59,734 nucleotides of DNA from an uncultured Syntrophales bacterium (lineage in GTDB: Bacteria; Desulfobacterota; Syntrophia; Syntrophales; JAAYKM01), in assembly GCA_964408155.1 (NCBI GenBank), contig CAYOYJ010000001.1, positions 1 through 59,734 of the forward strand, read 5' to 3'. This document shows positions 45,896-55,416 of this stretch, one piece after another. Positions within the stretch are counted from its first letter, which is position 1. Each line of letters begins with the position of its first letter. The position numbers and the translations under genes are program-made. The notes below the pieces were generated by a model. The model saw nothing but the letters and a program-made list of their open reading frames with translations, was not told the DNA's origin and ran no database searches.

Positions 45896-48800
45896 CTAAT
45901 TATGCTTTATTAATTCTCTTTCGTCTTCATCCAAGTTATACATATCAAATATCATTTTATTCATTTCACTTTCATATTCAGTAACGTTGCTCGACCTATC
46001 TTTTTGTTTTTCTAATAGTATTTTATCAATCAGTTTTATTAATATTTTCTTCTCTTGAGAGGATAATTTTTTCATCGGCAAGTTATTGATCATTTCTTTT
46101 GTGAAACTTATTCCTCCATTGTAACTTGCTGCAGAATATCTTTGCTTTATATAAAAAATATATATCTTCGAATTTAGTAGCGCTAAAAGACACTTTAAGT
46201 CATCGATTTGGTCGCTCGTTATTATCATCGTTGATTTACCTGGAATTATTGTCCCATCATCATCCAAACAAGCATCAAGTAACGTGAGTCCTTTGATAAT
46301 AATTTTTGGTTTTATGGATTTTTTTGAGTATGTATTTTTAAATAATTGGAAAAAATCGTCCTTTTCAACTACTGGAAAAAGATATTTATCCTTTAAATAT
46401 GTCATGCTTTTAAAACCCCATCTGGATACATATTTATCTATTGTGCCGGTGTTTATAATCTTCAAGTGTTTTTTATTGTTAAAATATGAATCACTTTCTA
46501 AATCATATATGATCTCTTTAAGCTTATATGCATCAGAGGTTGCACATGCATTTTCACAAAGGGGGAATAACTTACTTAGTGCGATTGAATCTTTTTCTAT
46601 TTTACTGATCAATCCTAATGAATCGGAAAATAGCACGTCCAGTGCATAAGGCGGTGCTAAAATACTTTTATTTACAGTTCGCTTAAAATCAATCTTTGCA
46701 TCCTTACTAGAGAATATAGTTATCTCATCAGTTTGTTTGTTTGTAAACTTAGTCACTATTGAGTCAACTTTTGAAGTTTCAAAAACGCCTCTTCCGACAT
46801 CAAATATGCTGTTAATGTTGCGAAATAGAATCCTTCGCAATTCATCTCCAAATGGTTTTGATATCCATTTATCAGGAGTAATAAAACTCAGCATGCCATT
46901 ATGAGATAACATTTTAAAACCAATCTCCATAAAAGCTATATAGATATCCCAGTTACCTTTCGTCGTTGCATATCTTTGAGATATAAAATCTCTTAAGTAA
47001 CCTAACCCAGATTGGACCATATTTTCGGAATCTAAATAAGGTGGATTACCAATAACAACATCAAATCCTAGATTTACGAAAAATGTCTCAGGGAATTCTA
47101 ATTCCCAATGAAAATATGAGGCCATATTTGGGAGGGGAATAATGGCTTCGCTGTCAACTAGCTCCTTATACTTCCATTCACTTATCTCGTTTCCGAAGTA
47201 GATGCTGGTATGCATGTCGCAAACCAGTTTGTAGGGCTTCAAAATGTCATCAATCTCGTCAAGCCAGGCTTTTTTATCGGCAATAACATCAAGCGTCGCG
47301 GAATCGGTGGATGTAATTCGGGTATAGTTCGAAATTGCCCTGCCCACAGCCTGCTTGAAATCCCTGTCATCGGAGAAGACGGAGTGTTGCTTTTTCTCTG
47401 CTTTGCCGGGATATTTGCCGATATCATCCAAACGTGCGCCAATCAGAGAATTGCCGGTCTTCAGTCTGTGATTAAGGAAGGATAGCGGCTTCTCTTTGGA
47501 CATGGAAAGAATCCAGAGAGAAAGTTTAGCCAGCTCGACGGCTAACGGGTTGACATCAACGCCGTAAACGCAGTTTTCCACGACCCAGCGCCGCCAATGC
47601 GTGGTCGAGGTATCGGTTGTTCCGATTATTGCGCATTCATTCAGAATCTCTGTAATGAAATTCGCTATGTAATTTGAGGTGTTCACCAGGAAGTGCCCGC
47701 TGCCCATCGCCGGATCGAGCACGCTGAGTTTCAGGGCTTTCTCTCTTATAAACGTCTTCAAATTGTCCTCTAACAATTCGGTTAGGGCTTTTCGCTCCTT
47801 TTGATCGATGGCCTTGCCTACAGCGCTCAAAAGGTCTTTCTGTTCCGCCAGAAAATTCTGCCGCAATTGTGAAAGCTTTTCTCCGACCGTGTTGCGCACG
47901 ATGTAATCGACGATGTATTCGGGCGTATAATATGAACCTGTCGCCTTTCGTTCACTGCGATCACTTCCGAAATAGACCTGTCCTGCCGGAATGTATCGTC
48001 CGGCGACGATCTTTCCGCCTAGTGACGCCGGAATGAATTGAATCTTGTCTTTTGCCGCACGAACCTCCGTATCTTCCTTGGTAATAAACAATTTATGCTC
48101 CAGCAATCCTTCATAGAGTGTGCCCAGGTGTCGCACGCTCATATCCCGATAGCTGATGGCTTTTTCCTCCCCTGATCGTTCCTGGTAGGATGTCAGGTAA
48201 TGAAGGGCGGAGGCCAGATGACTGTTGTTGACGCGCGACTCTTCGATGAACTGGGTAAATTCACTTTCATGGGGGTCAAACAGACCGCCGTTGTAGCTCT
48301 GGTCAATATCGACGAAGATGCGTTCCAGGTCCTCCCAAATGCTGTAGCCTGAAGCAGACGTATTATTTGCGGAAGATGCCTTGCTGCGCCGGAGAACATC
48401 TTTTAGCAAACTGCTGTTTGTTTCATTCAGCAGGCCGCGCGCGTCGGCATAAAAGAGAAAAAGCAACCGGAACATATAGAGCATGGCGCCGTGATAGATC
48501 TTCCGTCGCAGGTCGTCGTCATCGAAATTGGGAGATCCGCTTGACTTTAGGAATTCCACATATCCCATACACAGGTTGGAAAGAACGCCTTTGCCGCCTT
48601 CTTCCTTTTGCCTCAGGGCATTGGCCAGTTCGCTTTCAATATAATCAATCTTCGCCAGGGACTCTTTCTTGAACACGTCAAGGCGGCATTGCCCCAGTTC
48701 GCCGGTGGTGAAGTTCTCCACTTTCATAAACTTGTGGAAGATCTGATAAGCCTGCGATGCACTGTCCGATAGGATGGCGGCAAGATTCATTTCGAGGAAG

Positions 48801-49231
48801 ATTTCATAGGGCGTGGATTCGTCGAGATGGTACATTCTCCACTGTTCGCCGTTGGTCAATAGGCCCCATTTAAGATTGTGATGGCGCAGGCTGCGGATGA
48901 CCTTTTCAGCCCAATTTCGGCCCATCGTGGTGTTATCCAAATCTTCCGTGGGCAGCAACACGTAGCAAAGGGTGATCGGCGTCTCTGTATCTCCGACAGG
49001 ATAAAGCAGGGTCAGCCTTTCATTTTCTATTTTAATGTTGAAACGAAGGGCATACAGCACCTCATGGACAAATGACTCTTTCCACTCCTGGATGGTGGCG
49101 GTCCGGGCAAATTCTCGATATTCTTTTAACGTGATCAGTGATGCCAGGATTTCCGTGTCTTCAGGTTGCTGCGTGATTTCCTGGAGGTATATCTCGGAGA
49201 AGAGGTATTCGTTCCGGTAGTAGGTCGTCAT
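45896..49231 (-). CDS. pglX: PglX-type (type IIG-like) N6-adenine DNA methyltransferase
   Basis: GSYYTPEYIVDYIV, VLDPAMGSGHFLV (motif I), YGVDVNPLAVELAKLSLW, VVIGNPPY (motif IV) and a long C-terminal TaqI-like specificity region. 1111 aa. Confidence 0.85.
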   Translation of the reverse strand: MTTYYRNEYLFSEIYLQEITQQPEDTEILASLITLKEYREFARTATIQEWKESFVHEVLYALRFNIKIENERLTLLYPVGDTETPITLCYVLLPTEDLDNTTMGRNWAEKVIRSLRHHNLKWGLLTNGEQWRMYHLDESTPYEIFLEMNLAAILSDSASQAYQIFHKFMKVENFTTGELGQCRLDVFKKESLAKIDYIESELANALRQKEEGGKGVLSNLCMGYVEFLKSSGSPNFDDDDLRRKIYHGAMLYMFRLLFLFYADARGLLNETNSSLLKDVLRRSKASSANNTSASGYSIWEDLERIFVDIDQSYNGGLFDPHESEFTQFIEESRVNNSHLASALHYLTSYQERSGEEKAISYRDMSVRHLGTLYEGLLEHKLFITKEDTEVRAAKDKIQFIPASLGGKIVAGRYIPAGQVYFGSDRSERKATGSYYTPEYIVDYIVRNTVGEKLSQLRQNFLAEQKDLLSAVGKAIDQKERKALTELLEDNLKTFIREKALKLSVLDPAMGSGHFLVNTSNYIANFITEILNECAIIGTTDTSTTHWRRWVVENCVYGVDVNPLAVELAKLSLWILSMSKEKPLSFLNHRLKTGNSLIGARLDDIGKYPGKAEKKQHSVFSDDRDFKQAVGRAISNYTRITSTDSATLDVIADKKAWLDEIDDILKPYKLVCDMHTSIYFGNEISEWKYKELVDSEAIIPLPNMASYFHWELEFPETFFVNLGFDVVIGNPPYLDSENMVQSGLGYLRDFISQRYATTKGNWDIYIAFMEIGFKMLSHNGMLSFITPDKWISKPFGDELRRILFRNINSIFDVGRGVFETSKVDSIVTKFTNKQTDEITIFSSKDAKIDFKRTVNKSILAPPYALDVLFSDSLGLISKIEKDSIALSKLFPLCENACATSDAYKLKEIIYDLESDSYFNNKKHLKIINTGTIDKYVSRWGFKSMTYLKDKYLFPVVEKDDFFQLFKNTYSKKSIKPKIIIKGLTLLDACLDDDGTIIPGKSTMIITSDQIDDLKCLLALLNSKIYIFYIKQRYSAASYNGGISFTKEMINNLPMKKLSSQEKKILIKLIDKILLEKQKDRSSNVTEYESEMNKMIFDMYNLDEDERELIKHN

Positions 49232-49264
49232 AAAGACTCCTTTGAGCTGTAAAAAATACTTGCC

Positions 49265-50062
49265 TTAATTTACGTTCAGCTTATCGACGATTTCTTTTTT
49301 TATGAGGACATAGGCCTCCTGGACATCATATATCGCGTCTGCAGGCAGCAAGGGGTTCAGATCGCTGAGGAAGCCTCGATGCCTCAGTTTCTCCTGCAAA
49401 TTCTTTTCATAATGCATGCTGTCAACGGTTTGGCCTTCGGTCTCCATGTATTTTTTGAAGACATGGATTATTCTGCCGGCATCAGCTTTCCCTTCCGTGA
49501 CACCCAGCCACAAATCGAAAAGATCACGCCCTTTTCTCCTTTGATACAAGGCCCTCAGTTTCGTCGCGAGCAGTTCTTCCAGTGTATAGGTCGTGATCTC
49601 ACACCCACCTTTGAACCATCGGGACTCCACGCCAAACGGTTGTTTCTGATAGCCTTCCACCGCGAAATGTTCTCGCGTGTTGATTTCAACTTTCAGTCGT
49701 ATTTGCACGACCGGAGGCCCCTCCGATTCCATGCGATAGGTCAATATGACCGATTGCTCCGTTTGCTTGCGCCGCGGCGCTCCCAGAAAGCCGTTCAACA
49801 GCTCCTGGAGGGAATCAATGACCTGCCCGATCGGCGCGGGGATAATTTGCACCAGGTCAATGTCTTCCGAATAGCGCCGCGGAATATCGAAGTAGAGCTT
49901 GTGCAACGCTGTGCCGCCCCGAAAGGCCAACCGCTCCGCCAGCAAGGGGCTCTGAAAAATGGCGACAAGCGCCCTGCTGATGATCAGGTCCTGTTCCACC
50001 TGGGCATCGTTGACCCAGGGTGCAAACCGACGCCAAGCGACTATATCCGCCTTGGGAATCAC
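49265..50062 (-). CDS. abiEii: AbiEii/AbiGii-family nucleotidyltransferase toxin
   Basis: FRGGTALHKLYF...RYSEDIDLV is the DUF1814 NTase signature. A 4-nt overlap joins it to the upstream AbiEi-like gene. Confidence 0.85.
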   Translation of the reverse strand: MIPKADIVAWRRFAPWVNDAQVEQDLIISRALVAIFQSPLLAERLAFRGGTALHKLYFDIPRRYSEDIDLVQIIPAPIGQVIDSLQELLNGFLGAPRRKQTEQSVILTYRMESEGPPVVQIRLKVEINTREHFAVEGYQKQPFGVESRWFKGGCEITTYTLEELLATKLRALYQRRKGRDLFDLWLGVTEGKADAGRIIHVFKKYMETEGQTVDSMHYEKNLQEKLRHRGFLSDLNPLLPADAIYDVQEAYVLIKKEIVDKLNVN

Positions 50063-50874
50063 AGATCACCCTCCACATCCGTATTGACCAGAAGCCGCCA
50101 GCGGGTGTCCCTTTCAGCTTCGCCCGCGGGCAATGAGGGGTCGAGCCTGGTAAAGGGTGGATTCTTATCGGCGATTAAAACAGCCAGATCTTTTACCAGC
50201 GCGGCATAGCCGGATTTTTCCATCAACCACCCCAGTCTTTGCGCGCAGACCAGGTTTCCCTCCGCTTTTATTGCATCTTTCAGCTTAGCAGGGTCCATAG
50301 ACTCGCCAAGTTCTTGAAGCACGGTCATCACACGATCCAGCCCGCCATTGGATCGGGCATAACGGATGAGATCAAGGGCCGTGGCCTCCGGTGAAGAAAC
50401 AAAAATATGCCCCGTTTGAACCTTGATTTGGGTGACCGGGGTTGCCTTGAAGTTGGTCTTGAAGAAGAAGCGAATGGCAAGGCCTTTCTTGCGGACTTCG
50501 CGTTGGGGGGCGGTGGTGACAACCTGAAACTGCTGTGGTTGTTGGTGTGCGGCGCCTTGAAGCGAGGCGGCGCTTAGCAGCCCCACGTAATAGGGTTGCT
50601 CCAGGTAAGCCATCAGGTCGGCGATAAACCACTCCGCCGGCAATATGCCGGTGGTACGGTATTCCAGGGGGACGATGACGAAAAAGCCGCTCCGGATGCG
50701 TAATACCCGATTTTTTTTCGCCAGCCTTGCGGCGGCCTTCTTAAAGGCTTCTTCGGTGAATTGAAGGGATTCAATGGCCTCTTCGCGGGTGAAGAAATAG
50801 AGCCCTTGCTCCTGACGGGAATCAACCCAGGATGGGAGATCGCTTGAAAATGCAGTTTTCGCTTTTCGAGGCAT
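50059..50874 (-). CDS. abiEi: AbiEi-family antitoxin/transcriptional regulator
   Basis: N-terminal wHTH-like region (FTREEAIESLQFTEEAFKKAAARLAKKNRVLRIRSGFF) plus a C-terminal AbiEi domain. Translationally coupled to abiEii. Confidence 0.75.
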   Translation of the reverse strand: MPRKAKTAFSSDLPSWVDSRQEQGLYFFTREEAIESLQFTEEAFKKAAARLAKKNRVLRIRSGFFVIVPLEYRTTGILPAEWFIADLMAYLEQPYYVGLLSAASLQGAAHQQPQQFQVVTTAPQREVRKKGLAIRFFFKTNFKATPVTQIKVQTGHIFVSSPEATALDLIRYARSNGGLDRVMTVLQELGESMDPAKLKDAIKAEGNLVCAQRLGWLMEKSGYAALVKDLAVLIADKNPPFTRLDPSLPAGEAERDTRWRLLVNTDVEGDL

Positions 50875-51309
50875 ACCACCTTCCTGGGAAAATTTTCACA
50901 AATAAGACCATAAAAGAGGCCTTATTGCAAATGAAAAAATGCTTGTTAGATGCTGAAATTTGCTGGCCGCTTTTTGTCCGCAGAAAATCCGCTTTTTCGT
51001 GTTTTCTCCATCAAGATAGGTCGGCGCGACCACTGTCCGGCCGCACATCGGCCATAAATTCCGAATTCGCCCCTCCCGTCGGCCGCAAAAAAACCGCAAA
51101 AAGACCGCTTTTTGTCCGAAACTTTTTCGATCCCTTTGAGGTAGTACTTTGGCGAAGCGTTTTCCCCAGGCAATGAAAAAAAATGTATCGGTTTATGAAG
51201 CGTAGCGGTCACCGGGTCCGGTCAGAGGTGTGCATCATTTTATGACACGAAATGCCGGAGACTGCCTGTGTTCTTTGATCATGTTCATTTTTTGTCTTGT
51301 AATCAGACC

Positions 51310-51558
51310 ATGTACGAATGCCGCTGCCCCCATGACGGAAAGAAACTGGCCGAACTGGCCCGGCCACCCCTGGCCCTGGGCCACTACGACTACCCCTGCG
51401 AATGCGGGAGGTGGGTCCGGGGGCAGATCATCCTCGAGCAGGGGACGGACTGCATCCTGGCTGTCGATTCCTGCCCCTGCGGGAGAATGACTCGACGGGT
51501 CGTCGGCCACCTGGTCGCCATTCAGTGTTCCAAGTGCAGAAGAATCATTAGCTTTTAG
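51310..51558 (+). CDS. Com-like zinc-ribbon protein (82 aa)
   Basis: Four Cys pairs (CRCP, CECG, CPCG, CSKC). The C-terminal IQCSKCRRII resembles Mu Com-type zinc fingers. I chose ATG 51310 over the ORF-track 51268. Confidence 0.4.
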   Translation: MYECRCPHDGKKLAELARPPLALGHYDYPCECGRWVRGQIILEQGTDCILAVDSCPCGRMTRRVVGHLVAIQCSKCRRIISF

Positions 51559-51638
51559 AGGCCCCCGAGGCCCGGAATATTAAATAATCTCAAAAGAGGA
51601 GGCTCCGAGGCTCCCGAAGCCCATGCCGCTGTCGACGC

Positions 51639-52376
51639 ATGGGCTTATCTTTTTCCGGTTACCGGAAAGAACTTTCCTCCCAGGGATTCAAACGGGCCTA
51701 TGAGGGCCTGCGGTCGGAATGCCCGGAGCTGTTTCCCTTTACCCAACCGGGCGAACTGATTGCCTTCTTCCATGACCAGGCGGCGGATCTGGACCGGAAA
51801 GACGCCATCCTCTTCGATCTCGTTTCCCGTTACCGGAACGACAACCGGCATCGCGACATTGCCCCGCTCTTCATCGTCCTTTTCACACCGGCGCTGGCGA
51901 GCATCTACACCCATACAAGGCGGAGGCATCCTGGCATCGACCGGGAGGACCTCATCCAGGACCTCTGCCTTTTCCTCATCCAGATCATCAGGGAAAGCGC
52001 CATCACCCCATACAAAGTGGCCGGCCGGATCGTCGGGGAGCTGAAAAACCGGGTACGGGGATTGTTGTCCCCGATCCCCGACGAGAGATTCGTTGCCCTC
52101 AAAGGGGACGGCACAGACGAATTTGAGTCGAACCGGACCTATGCCGCCGGTGACGGTGAAAACGTCCGAATCGAGCAGATCGTGACGGAGACCGCCGCCT
52201 TCCTGGATCACCTGATCCGGGCCAGGAAGATCACGAAGCAGGACAAGCGAATGATCATGGAAACGCTCATCAAGGGAAAACCCCTCAAGGACATCGTCTC
52301 CCCCGGCGACTACGACCGCCTGAAGCGCCGGCGGCTCAGGATCATGGGGCTCATAAAAAAACATTTTTCCAAGTAG
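51639..52376 (+). CDS. hypothetical regulator, possibly sigma-factor-like (245 aa)
   Basis: REDLIQDLCLFLIQII (region-2-like) and a C-terminal basic helix pair (KRMIMETLIKGKPLKDI...RLKRRRLRIMGLIKK, region-4-like). Weak, by eye only. Confidence 0.35.
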   Translation: MGLSFSGYRKELSSQGFKRAYEGLRSECPELFPFTQPGELIAFFHDQAADLDRKDAILFDLVSRYRNDNRHRDIAPLFIVLFTPALASIYTHTRRRHPGIDREDLIQDLCLFLIQIIRESAITPYKVAGRIVGELKNRVRGLLSPIPDERFVALKGDGTDEFESNRTYAAGDGENVRIEQIVTETAAFLDHLIRARKITKQDKRMIMETLIKGKPLKDIVSPGDYDRLKRRRLRIMGLIKKHFSK

Positions 52377-52462
52377 CTGATTTTATATGGGCAATAAAGA
52401 TTTTTTGTCCCCTGGAGCACTTTTTTTGACGTATCCAGGTAGGAGGCATTTTTTTCAGGAGG

Positions 52463-52723
52463 ATGGTCATGACCAACCCGGAACCGACAAACACGACCCG
52501 CATCGTCAGGGATACCTTCATCGACATGGCCCTGTACCTGGAGTGCCTGTTTCTCCTCCATGGCGTGAACGACATTCTGGTCGAGGACATTGTCCACTGC
52601 ATGGAGGAAGGCTACGCCAAAGCTATAAAAAATCTCAAGAGAATCAATAAGCAGCAACCGAAGCCGAAAAGAAGGACCGCCGTGGATCGCTTCCTCAAGA
52701 AGCTGGAACAGGAAGGAATCTGA
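52463..52723 (+). CDS. hypothetical protein (86 aa)
   Basis: Intact ORF with CAGGAGG upstream. I recognise no motif. Confidence 0.4.
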   Translation: MVMTNPEPTNTTRIVRDTFIDMALYLECLFLLHGVNDILVEDIVHCMEEGYAKAIKNLKRINKQQPKPKRRTAVDRFLKKLEQEGI

Positions 52724-52769
52724 TCGGGGGCTGTCCGGGGGGTGAATCTCAATGAAAGGAGGATCGGTT

Positions 52770-53804
52770 ATGAACGTTCAGAAATATCCAGTTGCCCCGG
52801 AAGCGGCAGCGGAGAGGATGGTTCTGGGAAGGATGGTTTTGAGGATTGAGGAATCCGGGAGGGCGGTTTCGGAAGGCATGGCGACCTATGGCGCAGTCTC
52901 AGGGGAGGGGGCGCACCCGCCTGCCACCCCGGATGAAAACCCTTTTCAACGTGGCGACGGCGCCAATGGTTTCTATCTCTCCAAGAGCCGCGTGAACCGT
53001 TACATCGCCTGCCCCCGCAGTTATCTTCTGCACTATGATCTCGGGATTGTACCCCTCCGGCCGGACAGGGATCTCCTCATCGGCCGCTCCACCCACCGAC
53101 TTATTGCCGCCCATCACCTGGCCCGAAAGAAGGAAGAGTTTGTCGATGCGAACGCCGTTCTTGATGGCGTCTGGTCGAGGTATATGCAGGGAGACGAGGC
53201 GCCGGAGGCCCGGCAGGAGATGGAAGCGGCGCGGACGGAATCCCTCCAGTATGCGCAGTTATTCCTCCGGGACGTCCCCCTCGATCCCCTGGAGATCGAG
53301 CGGGATTTCTCCCTCCCCCTGGTCGATCTCGAAAACGGCGACACCCTGCCCGTGCCTCTGGTCGGCGTCATCGATCTCGTGGATCAGCCGAACGGCGTCC
53401 TGCGCCCCCTGGAGATCAAGACCCGCGCCCGCAAGGCCGACGCCTGGCAGGCCCGCCTGGCGCTTGAGTTGACCTGTTACGCCTGGTGGGTCCGGCAGCG
53501 GATCATGGAAAGCGGCGCCCGCGAGCCCGAAGAAATCCCCGTCGGCTACGTCAACATCATCAAGACCAAAACCCCCACGATCCAGTGGCAGACGGATTGC
53601 CGCACCCCCGCCGATTTTATCGCCCTCTACCGCACCGCCCGGGCCGTCTATGAAAACATCATGGACCGGCGGTTCTACCTGAATCCGGGCACGCACTGCA
53701 ACTGGTGCGATTTTCCCTCCATCTGCGGGAAAGACAAAGACGCGATCGTTCGGATCTTCGGCGACGCCACATACCTCCGCCTCTGGGAAGCGGATCTGAT
53801 CTGA
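52770..53804 (+). CDS. PD-(D/E)xK nuclease with Cas4/AddB-type Cys cluster
   Basis: N-terminal YIACPRSY, core VIDLVD...LEIKT (D...ExK) and C-terminal CNWCDFPSIC (Cx2Cx5C). ATG 52770 follows AAAGGAGG. Confidence 0.75.
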   Translation: MNVQKYPVAPEAAAERMVLGRMVLRIEESGRAVSEGMATYGAVSGEGAHPPATPDENPFQRGDGANGFYLSKSRVNRYIACPRSYLLHYDLGIVPLRPDRDLLIGRSTHRLIAAHHLARKKEEFVDANAVLDGVWSRYMQGDEAPEARQEMEAARTESLQYAQLFLRDVPLDPLEIERDFSLPLVDLENGDTLPVPLVGVIDLVDQPNGVLRPLEIKTRARKADAWQARLALELTCYAWWVRQRIMESGAREPEEIPVGYVNIIKTKTPTIQWQTDCRTPADFIALYRTARAVYENIMDRRFYLNPGTHCNWCDFPSICGKDKDAIVRIFGDATYLRLWEADLI

Positions 53805-53960
53805 GCTGTCTGGGGGTGAAGGGAGGTGATGCGATGGAGCTGAAGGAATCGGAAAGGGTCAAGAAGGACGAAGCGGGAAAGAGGATTCTATGTATCGGCA
53901 AAATTCACAAAGGCAGAAAAACCATGATTTTTGCCTTTCCACGGAAAGGAGGAAACGAAG

Positions 53961-55322
53961 ATGTCACAGTTTCACAAGGCAGAGAGGAAGAAGGGAAAAC
54001 TTAGGCTGGCCATTGCCGGTCCCGCGGGATCGGGGAAGACCTACTCGGCGCTCCTGATCGCCCTGGGTCTAGGCGGCCGGATCGCCATGATCGACACGGA
54101 AAGGGGCTCCGGGGAGCTCTACGACCACCTGGGGGAATACGACGCCTGCACCATCCATCCGCCCTTCGAGCCCCGGAAATACGTCGAGACCATTCGGGCG
54201 GCGGAAGACCTGGGCTACGAGACGATCATTATCGATTCCCTGTCCCACGCCTGGGTGGGTCAGGGAGGGTTGCTGGACGTCCACGGTCATATCGCCGACA
54301 AGACGGGCAACTCCTGGAGCGCTTGGCGGCAGGTGACGCCGAAGCACAACGAGCTGGTGGACGCCATGCTCCAGTCCAAATGCCACATTATTGCCACCAT
54401 GCGGAGCAAGATGGAATACGCCCAGGTGGAGGAGAACGGCAAGAAGCAGGTCAAGAAGCTTGGCATGAGCCCCATCCAACGCGACGGCATGGAGTACGAG
54501 TTCACCATCTTCATCGATCTCGATCAGCAGCACACCGCCACGACCACCAAGGACCGGACGACCCTGTTCGACGGCCAGTACTTCGTGCCCACCACCGAGA
54601 CGGGCAGGACGCTCCTCGCCTGGCTGGAGAACAACGGGCAGGCGTCGTCGGGAGCGGTCGCCCAGGAGAAGCCGTTTGGTGGGCGGCAGCAGGAAGATTC
54701 CCAGGGAGACCGGGGCAAGGTTGCAGCGGTACCGAAGCAGGCGGAGTCAACGGGGAGGAGCGCGGCATCTGCCACTTTGCCGCCGGTAGGACAAGCGGTC
54801 CAGTCAGAGAAAGGCGATGAGGCGGGGAAGGCTTCCGTGGCTGCGGCGACGTCACAGCAGGCACGGCAAACCGGCGAGACGGGGAAACCTTCCGCAGCCG
54901 CCACGCCGCAGGATGAGACGAAGCAGGCAACGCCCGTCGGGATGAGCAACGGACTGAAGACCCTTTTCGCGAAAATCGGCGCCCTCGACCTACCGCGGGA
55001 GGGTTACAAACGCTACTGCTACAAGCGCTACGGCATCGCCTCCATGACGGAGATGGCACCGGGGCAGATCGCCGAACAGGCGAAGCTTCTCGATTCCCTC
55101 AAGCGGCCCGCGCGTCTGAAGGAATTCAGGGCCGTCCTGGAGGGATTCGGCGGCAACGGCCAGGGCGCGGGAGGGTCAGCATCCATGAATGCTCCCTCCT
55201 TGAACGCAGCGGGAACGGAAGCAGCCCCGGTTTCAGTACAAGGTACTGGCGGACCGGTCCCGATCCCAGCATCGGCAACCGCAGGCATTGCCCCGGCTGC
55301 TGGTGGGTTTGACCTGTTTTGA
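53961..55322 (+). CDS. Sak4-like RecA-fold ATPase (AAA_24-type) with long low-complexity tail
   Basis: LRLAIAGPAGSGKTYSAL (Walker A), IIIDSLSHAW (Walker B), and a core of about 220 aa as in phage Sak4 annealases, followed by about 230 aa rich in A/G/Q/S/T. Confidence 0.7.
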   Translation: MSQFHKAERKKGKLRLAIAGPAGSGKTYSALLIALGLGGRIAMIDTERGSGELYDHLGEYDACTIHPPFEPRKYVETIRAAEDLGYETIIIDSLSHAWVGQGGLLDVHGHIADKTGNSWSAWRQVTPKHNELVDAMLQSKCHIIATMRSKMEYAQVEENGKKQVKKLGMSPIQRDGMEYEFTIFIDLDQQHTATTTKDRTTLFDGQYFVPTTETGRTLLAWLENNGQASSGAVAQEKPFGGRQQEDSQGDRGKVAAVPKQAESTGRSAASATLPPVGQAVQSEKGDEAGKASVAAATSQQARQTGETGKPSAAATPQDETKQATPVGMSNGLKTLFAKIGALDLPREGYKRYCYKRYGIASMTEMAPGQIAEQAKLLDSLKRPARLKEFRAVLEGFGGNGQGAGGSASMNAPSLNAAGTEAAPVSVQGTGGPVPIPASATAGIAPAAGGFDLF

Positions 55323-55416
55323 CAGACTGTAAGCCCTCGTCACTCCTTCGCCGGGAGGGAGCAGAAGATCCCTCCCGGCAGGGGGAGACAGGGGCGCTGA
55401 TGGAAGGAGAACGACC

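Noticed and set aside
36012-49231. Calling the locus a canonical type 1 BREX (brxA-brxB-brxC-pglX-pglZ-brxL)
   Set aside because: The gene order differs because pglX comes first. The two small upstream proteins do not look like DUF1819/DUF1788, and the BrxL-like protein lacks an obvious Lon protease domain.
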